This document shows positions 1 through 8,686 of a stretch of 64,000 bases of DNA, piece by piece (position 1 is the stretch's first letter; every line of letters starts with the position of its first letter). The stretch lies in the NCBI GenBank assembly GCA_943787795.1, contig CALSNU010000001.1:672001-736000 (forward strand), written 5' to 3'. Source of the DNA: an uncultured bacterium. Lineage in GTDB: Bacteria > Planctomycetota > UBA1135 > GCA-002686595. Position numbers and translations under genes: made by a program. The notes below the pieces were generated by a model that worked only from the letters and a program-made list of their open reading frames with translations, did no database searches and was not told the origin of the DNA.

Positions 1-290
1 GCCAGCCGGCCCATTTCAGGGGACAGAGAGTCCGCAGGGCTGGAATCGGGACGGTCCAGGCGAGCGTCGAGATACCGCTGGAGCCTGAGAGCGGTGGCCC
101 TCGGGAGCCGCGAAGTGCGCGTGAGGAGCCCGGCTGGGCGGGGGCATTTTCTCCGTTCGGAGACGGAACCCAACCCATCGCGGAAACCCGCCGAAGTGTG
201 GCGATGGAGTCCGTCGTTTCTGTTTCTATCGGCGTCCCGCTCGCCTCCAGATTTGCCTCTCCCAGAGGTGCCCCTTACCCGGATCCGTCC

Positions 291-803
291 ATGCTCCTGC
301 GCTTGACCGCCGTCCTTGCCGCCTGCCTCGCTCCGTGCGCCTCCACGGAGGATGGGATCGCGCCGATCAACGGCGCACCCCACTTCGACCAGATGGCCAC
401 CATGGTGGGTGAGTGGTATCGAACCGACGGGGAGGCCGGGGATGGACCGGTGATGACCTACGAGCTGGCGGCCAACGGGTCCGCCGTGGTCGAGCGCCTC
501 TTCCCCGGCATGGAGAAGGAGATGGTCACCATGTACTACATGGACGGGGACCGACTCATGCTCACGCACTACTGCGCCCTCGGGAACCAGCCCTCGATGG
601 TCGCCACCGGCGGCGACGAGGCGTTGATCGAGTTCGACTTTCATGGGGCCTCCAACCTGGGCTCGCCGGACGAGACGCACATGCACCAGCACACCGTGGC
701 CTTCCTCGGCCCGGACCGCGTGGACGCGACCTGGGTCCTTTGGGACGGCGGTTCGGAGGCTGAGCGCCGGCTCTTCCCGGTAGAGCGGCGGGCGGCCCGG
801 TGA
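291..803 (+). CDS. Secreted hypothetical protein (probable beta-barrel)
   Basis: ORF 198..803. The likely start is ATG 291, giving a signal/lipoprotein-like leader MLLRLTAVLAACLAPCA. Natural-looking sequence (GEWY...EMVTMYYMDGDRLMLTHYCALGNQP). Confidence 0.65.
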   Translation: MLLRLTAVLAACLAPCASTEDGIAPINGAPHFDQMATMVGEWYRTDGEAGDGPVMTYELAANGSAVVERLFPGMEKEMVTMYYMDGDRLMLTHYCALGNQPSMVATGGDEALIEFDFHGASNLGSPDETHMHQHTVAFLGPDRVDATWVLWDGGSEAERRLFPVERRAAR

Positions 804-1132
804 CCACGGAGGCGGCGAGTTCGGGCCGCTCATGGCGGTGGGTCGCGCTCCTGGGGGTGCTCCACTTCATCCTGTGGATGGTGCTGTTCCTCGTCAGCCT
901 CGACTTCGCGGCGGTGGATGGCGAGGAGCCCTGGCTCCTGAGCCAGCTGGCCCTCCCGTTCGTCTGGCTCCTCGGCGCGCCGGGTTGGCCGGCTCTCACC
1001 TGGCTCGCGGACTCGGTCTTCATCGGCGAGGGCGTTCCGGACGCGCTGGAGTGGGCGGTGCTCCTGGGGAACAGCCTGCTCTGGGGGATCGGTCTGGAGG
1101 CCATCCTCCGCCGCCTCCGTGCGCGGGGCTGA
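800..1132 (+). CDS. Small membrane protein, hypothetical
   Basis: Three hydrophobic segments; its GTG start overlaps the upstream TGA (GTGA). Confidence 0.6.
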   Translation: MTTEAASSGRSWRWVALLGVLHFILWMVLFLVSLDFAAVDGEEPWLLSQLALPFVWLLGAPGWPALTWLADSVFIGEGVPDALEWAVLLGNSLLWGIGLEAILRRLRARG

Positions 1133-1353
1133 CCCAGGGCGCGGACTGGCTGCTTCCCCAGCGATTCGGTTCCAAGGGCGCAGCGTTGGGGATGGACGTC
1201 GGATGGGCCCGCCCGGGGCGGGTCGCCGCCGGCTCGTCCGAGCGGAGAGAGTTGAGGATGACGAAGATCGAGGGGCGGGGCCCGTCGATGACCCGCCCGC
1301 GCAGTTCCCGCACCAACTCCACGGAGGGTGGCGATCTCGTTACGGTGGCGGCC

Positions 1354-2680
1354 ATGATCGCACTGAACTGTCTCGCGCCTGCCGCTCTCTCCCTGGCCCT
1401 CCAGGCGGGCACTTCCGCGGCGCCAGCCGGCGATCTCGACTCGATGCCTCCCGTGCGGCCGTGGGTGTCCCTCGCGGCGGATGCCAAGGGCGGGCTGTGT
1501 GATCCAGGTGAGACGGTCCGCTTCACCGCGACCGTGGAGAACCGCGCGGACGCTGTGGCGCGGGTCACCGTCGGGTGGAGCGCGGAGTCGCTCGCTTTCG
1601 AGCCAGAGCTGCCGGCGCCGGAGATCCTCGAGATCCCGCCCCGGGGGACCGCGACGGCGGTGCTCCCCCTCGTCCTCGCGGGTCCCGGCTTCATGGACGT
1701 GACGGTGAGCGTGCTGGAGGAGGGGAGCACGCGCCCGCGGGTGCGGCGGCGCCGGGTGGGCTGTGCTCCGGCCGGGATTCAGTACGAGCTGAGCCGAGCG
1801 TCCGACTTCGAGGCGTTCTGGGAGCGAACCCTCATGGAGCTCGCCGCGGTGGAGCCACAGGTCGAGCTCAGAGAGGTCCCGGGCAAGCCGGACGATGACT
1901 TCAAGCTGAGCGAGGTCACGCTCCGGAGCCTCGGCGGCGTCCGCGTGCGGGGGTGGCTCCAGGTCCCGAGGTCGGAGGGGCCCCACGCCGCGGTCCTGCG
2001 CGTCCCCGGCTACACGGAGAACATGCAGCCCATCGACGCCGTGGGGAACCGCATCGTCTTCTCGTTCAACATCCGCGGCCACGGTGGCAGCGTCCAGGAC
2101 GTCCCCGCGGAGCCCGTCGACTACTGGCTCCGCGGCCTCGAGGACAAGGACGACTACTTCTACCGCGGCGCCTACATGGACTGCGTGCGGGCCATGGACT
2201 ACCTCTGCTCACGGGATGACGTGGACCAGGATCGGTTGGCGGTCTGGGGCGCGAGCCAGGGGGGCGGCCTCGCCTTCGCCACCGCGGCGCTGGACCCGCG
2301 GGTGGACATCTGCCTCGCAGACATCCCGTGGCTCTGCCACTGGCGGGGGCTGATGACGCTCCTCATCGACCAGGACGTGAAGGACCTCGCGGCGTGGCTC
2401 GCGGCGGACCCGGGCCGCTCGCGAGCCAGCCGCCCTCGAGACCCTGAGCTACTTCGACACCATGAACCTCGCGGACCGGATCACGTGTCGGACCCTCATG
2501 GGCGTCGGGCTTCAGGACGCGATCTGTCCCCCGGAGACGAGCTTCGGCACCTTCAACCGGGTGAAGGGAGAGCGGGACTTCCGCATCTACGAGGAGCAGG
2601 GGCACGGGCTCGCCGCCGAGCACTACGGCTGGGCGCTGGCGGAGCTCGCTGAGGTCCTCGGTTCGGCCGACGGCGACTGA
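1354..2680 (+). pseudogene. Acetyl xylan esterase / cephalosporin-C deacetylase (CE7, AXE1 family) with one +1 frameshift near 2430 (pseudogene or assembly error)
   Basis: The first frame has DFEAFW, YFYRGAYMDCVRA and the nucleophile motif GASQGG. The second frame (ALETLSYFDT-MNLA...GLQDAICPP...GHG, ORF 2462..2680) carries the catalytic Asp/His. Removing one C at 2430-2431 joins them. Confidence 0.85.
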
Positions 2681-2819
2681 AGGCGCTCGGAGAGGGGTGT
2701 GTGGTGGGGCGCGGATACGCTCGTGGACTCAGCGGGTACTCTGGATCGCGGCCATCTCGCGCACGTACCCAGTGCGAGCGTGAGTGACCGAGCGGGGACT
2801 CCGCGAGAGGAACAGCACC

Positions 2820-4661
2820 ATGAGCAGCACCATCATTCGACTGGCGGCCACGCTGACCCTCGCTGGAGCCGCGATCTCCATCTGGGGGAGCCTCCCGTCC
2901 AGCACAGCCCAGGACGCGAGCGGGGTCCACGTGCTCAGTGAGTTCCGGGACAACGGGCGAGGCCGGCTGGACGAGGCGCTTCGGGTCCTTGGTCGTGAGA
3001 CGCGCGCCGTGATCCGAGTGGACATCGACGACGTGTTGCACGGGGCCCTGAAGGTCCCACCGAACATCGCGCTCGTGCACGAGGGGGCCTCCTTGATCGA
3101 TCTCGCGGGGCAACGTTTGGAGATTGCCGGTTCGTTCGATGCGACTCAGGCGCAGGTCTTCTTCGGAGTGGGCAAGGTGTCCCTGGCGCCGGGGAGCACC
3201 CGCCAGGTCCTCCCGCAGTGGTGGGGGAGCAACGACTCCGACAGCGTGCAGGCAGCCATGGACGTCGCCCTCGAGTGCGGCGCGGAGGTCTTCATGCCCG
3301 CCGGTTCGTACACGTTCGATTCGACGGTCGAGGCTTACTTCGAGGGCACGGGGTTCAACGCTCGGGCCCTCAAGGTGCGAGGAGATGGTCCGGGGCGCAC
3401 GGTCATCGAGAACCGGGTCGCGAGCGGCGCCGCGTTCTACTTCGGCACGCGGAATCCGATCGCTCAGCAGGCGTGGTTCCTGACGGTCGAGGGGCTCGAG
3501 GTGACGAGCCGCTCCGGAAGGGGCCAGCATGGCATCGAGATTGAGGACGTCTGGAACGGTCGGATCTCGGACTGCCTGATCAGCGATCAGGCCGTGGACG
3601 GCATCGTCATGCGGGCCGACCAGAATGACTTCGGGCTGCCCAAGACCTGGACGATCGAGCGGTCACTGATCGTGCGGAACGGTCGCTACGGCATCTACAT
3701 GGGAGCTGCCGGCGCGGGCTCGGTGGCCTACAACGTCACGCTCGATCAACTCGACATCGAGTTGAACGGACAGGGAGGCGTCTACGCGGCCGCCGAGCTG
3801 TCGCGGATCACGAATTCGATCATCGCCAACAATGGAACGGGGCCGACCTCCCATGGTGGCGTCTACATGACGGGCGACACGGACTACCGCGCCTATGCCA
3901 ACGCCATCTCCGGGTGCGGCTTCGAGGCGAACGTCCCGTACGACATCTATGCCGACCGCGTCGCCAACCTGACGCTGGCGCGCAACGACCACAGCCGTAT
4001 CCAGATCACCTCAGGCGCGAGCCAGGACGCCTTCGTTCGCCTCGACGGACCGGAGGGCGCGTTCAACGTGCTCCTCGCGCACAACCAGTTCTCCTCCGGG
4101 ATCCAGAGTCCGTTTACTGCCATCGTGGGCGGCCCCGGACTGGAGAGCATCGAGCTGGACAACAACCGCTTCAACCTCGCGCCAGGGAACGAGCCAACGG
4201 GCTTTGAGAGCACGACGAAGTCGACCCACCGGACGCTCGGCGACGCGGTCTTGAGCAACCAGTCGATCTCCTTTGCGGCAGCCCAGACCAGCGCAGGCGA
4301 CGTGAAGCTGGCGCGGGGCGGGCCGGGCATCCTCTCCGTGGACGGGATCGCGACGAAGATGCAGTCGGTCACGTCGAGCAACGGTGCGCTCGCGCTGGAC
4401 TGCAGCGTCGGCCTGACGGTCCTGCACTCCCTCACCGAGAGCACCATCGTTCAGGTCCCCGCGAACCCCGTCGCCGGGGCCATCTTGAACCTCTCGATCT
4501 TCCAGCCCCCCGGCGCGGCGCACAGCATCGGCTTCAAGCCCATCTTCAAGGTGGCGGACCCGCTCACGGCCAGCGGCGGGCACTTCTCCACGACCCGCTT
4601 CCTCTTCACGGGCCTCTACTGGGTCCAGCTCGGCGCCGCCGCGATTGACGCGCCGCTCTGA
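2820..4661 (+). CDS. Secreted right-handed parallel beta-helix protein (pectate-lyase/tailspike-like)
   Basis: N-terminal signal/TM. Has the PQWWG-SNDSDSVQAAMD...VFMPAGSY cap motif and repeated GI/GV-x-x beta-helix rungs with Asn ladders. Confidence 0.75.
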   Translation: MSSTIIRLAATLTLAGAAISIWGSLPSSTAQDASGVHVLSEFRDNGRGRLDEALRVLGRETRAVIRVDIDDVLHGALKVPPNIALVHEGASLIDLAGQRLEIAGSFDATQAQVFFGVGKVSLAPGSTRQVLPQWWGSNDSDSVQAAMDVALECGAEVFMPAGSYTFDSTVEAYFEGTGFNARALKVRGDGPGRTVIENRVASGAAFYFGTRNPIAQQAWFLTVEGLEVTSRSGRGQHGIEIEDVWNGRISDCLISDQAVDGIVMRADQNDFGLPKTWTIERSLIVRNGRYGIYMGAAGAGSVAYNVTLDQLDIELNGQGGVYAAAELSRITNSIIANNGTGPTSHGGVYMTGDTDYRAYANAISGCGFEANVPYDIYADRVANLTLARNDHSRIQITSGASQDAFVRLDGPEGAFNVLLAHNQFSSGIQSPFTAIVGGPGLESIELDNNRFNLAPGNEPTGFESTTKSTHRTLGDAVLSNQSISFAAAQTSAGDVKLARGGPGILSVDGIATKMQSVTSSNGALALDCSVGLTVLHSLTESTIVQVPANPVAGAILNLSIFQPPGAAHSIGFKPIFKVADPLTASGGHFSTTRFLFTGLYWVQLGAAAIDAPL

Positions 4662-4939
4662 GCGCCTGTTCGACGCGGGCTCTGCTCGCGTCGGGTCACG
4701 ACTCGGCGGCCATTCTGGCGGGCGAGACCTGGTACTGGCAGTGCTGGTACCGCGACCAGGCCGTGGGACTCGGAGCGAGCAACTTCTCCGAAGCGATCGC
4801 CATCCGCTTCTTCTGGACGCCAACCCCGCCGAGGGGCGCCGCGGGCCGACTTCCTGCGGGCCAACGGGGCCCCCTGCGGCTGCGGTGGGACGGTCTCCCG
4901 GACGCCCGGCGGAGTGCCCTGGCCGCAGATGAGCGCGGA

Positions 4940-5029
4940 TGGCGGAGGCGGAGGGATTCGAACCCCCGGTGGGTTGCCCCACGTCGGTTTTCAAAACCGG
5001 TGCATTCAGCCAGGCTCTGCCACGCCTCC
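4940..5029 (-). tRNA. tRNA-Ser (anticodon TGA)
   Basis: The reverse complement reads GGAGGCGTGGCAGAGCCTGGCTGAATGCACCGGT-TTTGAAA-ACCGACGTGGGGCAACCCACCGGGGGTTCGAATCCCTCCGCCTCCGCCA. It has an acceptor stem, a long variable arm, the GTTCGAATC T-loop and an encoded CCA. Confidence 0.96.
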
Positions 5030-5063
5030 GCACGGCGGGTGCCGCGGGCGCAGTGTAGCGCGG

Positions 5064-6938
5064 TCAGGGGCGTGGGAGGGCGAAGAGCTGGAGCTTCGGT
5101 CCAGGTCGGCGTACGGTCCAAAGGTCTCGCAGGGGGAAGGGCATGGCCGTTGGCAGGTGCGCGTCCACCGCCTCGCCGTCGACCGTGTCCGTGGGCCGGG
5201 TCCAGGAGGGGTGAACCTGCCATACCACGTCGCTGGGGAGCTCCAGCGGCGCGAGCTTGGGGACCGCCGGGCTCCCGGGCGGGGAGCCCTCGAGCGGGCG
5301 GGAGGGCGCGGGGTCCACCAGGGGCGGCGGGGCCCCATCCTCCGGGGTCCGGTCCACGAGCAGGAGGTGGGTGACGCCGAGGCTCGCCAGGACGTCCTGG
5401 GTCGTGGCGCCGTGCGCGGCGGCGAGGCCCTCTCGGATCCACGTGCCCCCGTGGCGCAGGTCGTACTCGAAGACGTCCTCGAGGCGGACCGCGTCGACGC
5501 CTGGAGCCTGGGGAAGCCCGGCCTCGAGCATCATCCGGCGGTGTTCCTCACGGCCGTACAGCGCGCTCCCGGTGGCCGCGCGGAGCGATGCGGTCAGCTC
5601 GAGGGCGGAGAGGGTCTGGGGGACCACCGGGCCGTACACGTCGATGGCGACGCGGCTCTCCGCCGGCAGCTCGGCGAGCCTCGCGGCAGCGAGGATCCGG
5701 GTGTCGTCCTGGCGGAGGAGCCAGTCGAAGCGGGCGGCCTGCACCAGGGGCAGGAGGAGCGCGAGCGCCGTCGCGATGGCGCCGACGGGGCGTTGGACGA
5801 GGCGCTCGAGCAGGAGCCCCGCCGGGAGCGACATCAGGACCGCCATGGGGAGCAGGTAGCGGATGTGCTCGTTCTGGTTGGTCATGAAGAAGGCACCCCA
5901 CCCGAGCACGAAGACCATGGCAGGCACGAGGGCGCGGCGGCGCAGCGCGAGCAGCATGCCGCCGAGGCCGGCGACCAGGAGCACCGGGTCGTAGCCGAGG
6001 AAGGAGCGGATGAGCCCGACGAAGGTGGCGCCGCGCAGCCCGAGGACCACCTGCTGCGCCCCGAAGGTGATCTGGGTCTGGTCGTCCCGGACGAGGTCCT
6101 GGGCGGCGACGTCGGCCTCGAGGCCATAGCGGAGGAGGTAGGGGTGGCCGACCAGGAGAGAGACGCCCCAGAAGAGGGCCACCGCGAGGGCGCCACGGAT
6201 CACCTTGCGCTTGATCTGGTCGCCACGCTCGGTCTCGTCGCTGCGATCGGGGTCCGGGGCGAGCAGCCAGGCGAGGCCGACGATGCCCAGCGCCAGGCCG
6301 CCGGCCTGGTGCATGGAGAACGCCGCGGCCGCTGCCACCGAGGTCCACAGGAGCGAGCGCTGGGAGCCTGTGCGTACGTGCACCGCCGCGCCCCATGCCG
6401 TCGCCGCGACGGCCGCCGCCATCGGGGCCCAGGGGCGCTCCTGGACCGAGAGTTGGAGGTGGAGCAGGGAGGTTGCGCACAGCGTAGCTGCGATCCACGC
6501 GCCCGCTCGCATGCCCGCCGCGCGCGCCGCCATCAGGATGAAGAGGGGGGCCGTGGCCGCGATCAGGGCCAGGAGGATCCGCGCGAGCAGGTGCGCGTGC
6601 CAGGGGACCTCCTTGAGGAAGCGACCGTACTCGTCGCCAGCGCTCCAATCACCCTGGAGCGATCCCCAGACGAAGTCGGCCGCGTAGACCGGCAGCAGCA
6701 GGTAGGGCAGCAGGTACGGATAGGAGGAGTAGGCGTTGGCCGGCGGGACGAGGTCGCGATCGCCGAGCATGTGCAGCGCGTTGCGCACCACGTGGGTGTC
6801 GGGCACGAACTCCGGGGTGGGTGCGCCGTGCCCGATGGGCCAGAGGCGCAGGGCGCAGGAGAGCGCGCCGATCAGGACGAGGCTGAGCAGCAGCGGCCTC
6901 CCCCAGCGTCTCCCTTGGCCTGCGGGCGAGTCGCTCAC
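5064..6938 (-). CDS. Multi-pass membrane glycosyltransferase (GT-C fold, ArnT/PMT/GT39-like)
   Basis: LRLWPI...PD early loop motif, about 10 TM segments, late RYLLP motif and a C-terminal soluble domain. Confidence 0.7.
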   Translation of the reverse strand: MSDSPAGQGRRWGRPLLLSLVLIGALSCALRLWPIGHGAPTPEFVPDTHVVRNALHMLGDRDLVPPANAYSSYPYLLPYLLLPVYAADFVWGSLQGDWSAGDEYGRFLKEVPWHAHLLARILLALIAATAPLFILMAARAAGMRAGAWIAATLCATSLLHLQLSVQERPWAPMAAAVAATAWGAAVHVRTGSQRSLLWTSVAAAAAFSMHQAGGLALGIVGLAWLLAPDPDRSDETERGDQIKRKVIRGALAVALFWGVSLLVGHPYLLRYGLEADVAAQDLVRDDQTQITFGAQQVVLGLRGATFVGLIRSFLGYDPVLLVAGLGGMLLALRRRALVPAMVFVLGWGAFFMTNQNEHIRYLLPMAVLMSLPAGLLLERLVQRPVGAIATALALLLPLVQAARFDWLLRQDDTRILAAARLAELPAESRVAIDVYGPVVPQTLSALELTASLRAATGSALYGREEHRRMMLEAGLPQAPGVDAVRLEDVFEYDLRHGGTWIREGLAAAHGATTQDVLASLGVTHLLLVDRTPEDGAPPPLVDPAPSRPLEGSPPGSPAVPKLAPLELPSDVVWQVHPSWTRPTDTVDGEAVDAHLPTAMPFPLRDLWTVRRPGPKLQLFALPRP

Positions 6939-7537
6939 AGCTCGTCCGGATCCTCGCCTGGCTCTTCGTCCGGCTCTTTGCCCAGATCTCCGCCGGCTGC
7001 CTCGCCGGGTCCTTCACCGGGTAGAGCAAAGCCGGCCGAGCTAGCGTCACCCTCGAGCGGAGCGTCGTCCGGGAGGACATCCTGGGCCTGGTCCGTTCGC
7101 ACCTGCTCCATGACCGACTCGGCGATGCGAATGCGGGCGCCGGCGCGCAGGGCGAGCGCGAGGGCGTCGCTCGGCCGGGCGTCCACGAGGATCTCGTCTG
7201 CACCGCCGGGGTCCGAACCGTTGGGCGGCGTGAGGCGTAGCTGGGCGTAGAACGTGTTGGCCCGCAGATCGACGATGTCCACGCCGAGTAGCCGGCTGCC
7301 CAGCGCGTGGATCGCGCTCAGGGTCAGCTGGTGGGTCATCGGTCGCTCCGAGGGGATGTCGTTGACCACCCGGTGGATCTCCGTCGCTTCACCGCTCCCG
7401 ATGACGATCGGAAAGCCCCTGGGCTCCTCGGAGCCGTTGTCCTCTTCCAGGAAGATCCACTGCTGGCTCGAAGTCTCACGCACCACCACCCGGACGAGTC
7501 GAAGTGGAACCAGGGAGTGTGTCTCGGAGGATGACAT
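6935..7537 (-). CDS. Bifunctional nuclease family protein (DUF151)
   Basis: FPIVIGSGEA, RPMTHQL, TFYAQL and DARPSDALALALRAGARI motifs, followed by an acidic tail. Confidence 0.9.
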   Translation of the reverse strand: MSSSETHSLVPLRLVRVVVRETSSQQWIFLEEDNGSEEPRGFPIVIGSGEATEIHRVVNDIPSERPMTHQLTLSAIHALGSRLLGVDIVDLRANTFYAQLRLTPPNGSDPGGADEILVDARPSDALALALRAGARIRIAESVMEQVRTDQAQDVLPDDAPLEGDASSAGFALPGEGPGEAAGGDLGKEPDEEPGEDPDEL

Positions 7538-7637
7538 TGGAGGTGCCCTGCAGGGAGGCAGTGAAGGAATCCGGGGCAGTGACCCGGAACGGAGGCTGCG
7601 ACGACGCGCCCCTACTCCTCTAAGATAGGTGTCGGTC

Positions 7638-8675
7638 ATGACGAGCCCAAACGTTGAACTCCGGTCCGTGTCTCGATATCCCGACGCCCCCGTTCTCGCG
7701 AGCGTCTGGCGCGGGGGGGAGGTGGAGTCGGTCCATCGGGGCAGCTGGTGCCTGATGGATGGCGCCGGGCGTGTGCTCGATGGTGTGGGCCCCTGGGATC
7801 AGTCGTTCTTCGCACGCAGCTCGACCAAGGCGCTGCAGGCCATCCCGATCTTTGAGAGCGGCGCAGCGAGCCGCTTCAAGCTCTCGGATATGGAGATTGC
7901 TCTCGCAGTCTCCTCGCACAACGCCGAACCGTGCCACGTCACCACAGCCCGGGGACTCCTGGATCGGATCGGAGTTGGGGAGGATGAGCTGGGGTGTGGC
8001 CCCCAGCCGCCGGGGGACCCGGAGGCGCGGGCGGTCCTCATCTCCAACAACGTCCCCCCCGGCCGGGTCCACAACAACTGCTCGGGCAAGCACGCCGGCT
8101 TCCTCGCGCTCACCAAGCACCTGGATGCCGAGGTCGCCTCTTACCTGGACTTTGAGTCGGCGTCCCAGGCGCTGATCCGTGACGCGGTCGCGGACTTCAC
8201 GGGGCTGGGACCGGAGGAGCTCGGGCGCGCCATCGATGGGTGCAGCGCGCCGACCTTCCGCATGCCGCTCTCGGCCCTCGGCACCGCCTTCGCGCGGTTC
8301 ACGAGCCCGGAGGGCCTGGCCGCCGAGCGTCGGGGCGCGTGCGAGCGGATCATGACCTCGGTGCAGCGCTACCCCGTCCTGCTCGCCGGTCGCTCGCGGC
8401 GGCTCGACACGGCCCTGGTGGAGGTCACCGGCGGGCGGCTCTTCCCGAAGATCGGCGCCGAGGCGGTCTACGTGGTCGGCGTGCATGGCAAGGACCGGGC
8501 CCTCGCCGTCAAGGTTGACGACGGCGGACTCCGCGGACTGCACGCCGTCGTGGTCGAGTTGTTGCGCCGCTTCGGGTTCCTCGACAGCGCCGAGGCGCGG
8601 GCGCTCGAGGCCTACCGCCAGAACACCCTCCGGAACTGGGACGGCGTGGAGATCGGCCGCCTCGAGGTTCACTGA
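7638..8675 (+). CDS. L-asparaginase II family protein
   Basis: ESVHRG, RSSTKALQA, SSHNAE, HNNCSGKHAG, IDGCSAP and KIGAEA motifs. Confidence 0.92.
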   Translation: MTSPNVELRSVSRYPDAPVLASVWRGGEVESVHRGSWCLMDGAGRVLDGVGPWDQSFFARSSTKALQAIPIFESGAASRFKLSDMEIALAVSSHNAEPCHVTTARGLLDRIGVGEDELGCGPQPPGDPEARAVLISNNVPPGRVHNNCSGKHAGFLALTKHLDAEVASYLDFESASQALIRDAVADFTGLGPEELGRAIDGCSAPTFRMPLSALGTAFARFTSPEGLAAERRGACERIMTSVQRYPVLLAGRSRRLDTALVEVTGGRLFPKIGAEAVYVVGVHGKDRALAVKVDDGGLRGLHAVVVELLRRFGFLDSAEARALEAYRQNTLRNWDGVEIGRLEVH

Positions 8676-8686
8676 GCTCTCCCGCG

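Noticed and set aside
1..4940. Integrated element at tRNA-Ser
   Set aside because: No integrase, att duplication or clear composition shift is visible in the window; kept only as a hypothesis.
4914..7250. Long antisense ORFs (e.g. 4914..7250, 15030..16991, 20212..21789, 22353..24344)
   Set aside because: They lie opposite clearly recognisable genes and are typical of high-GC codon bias.
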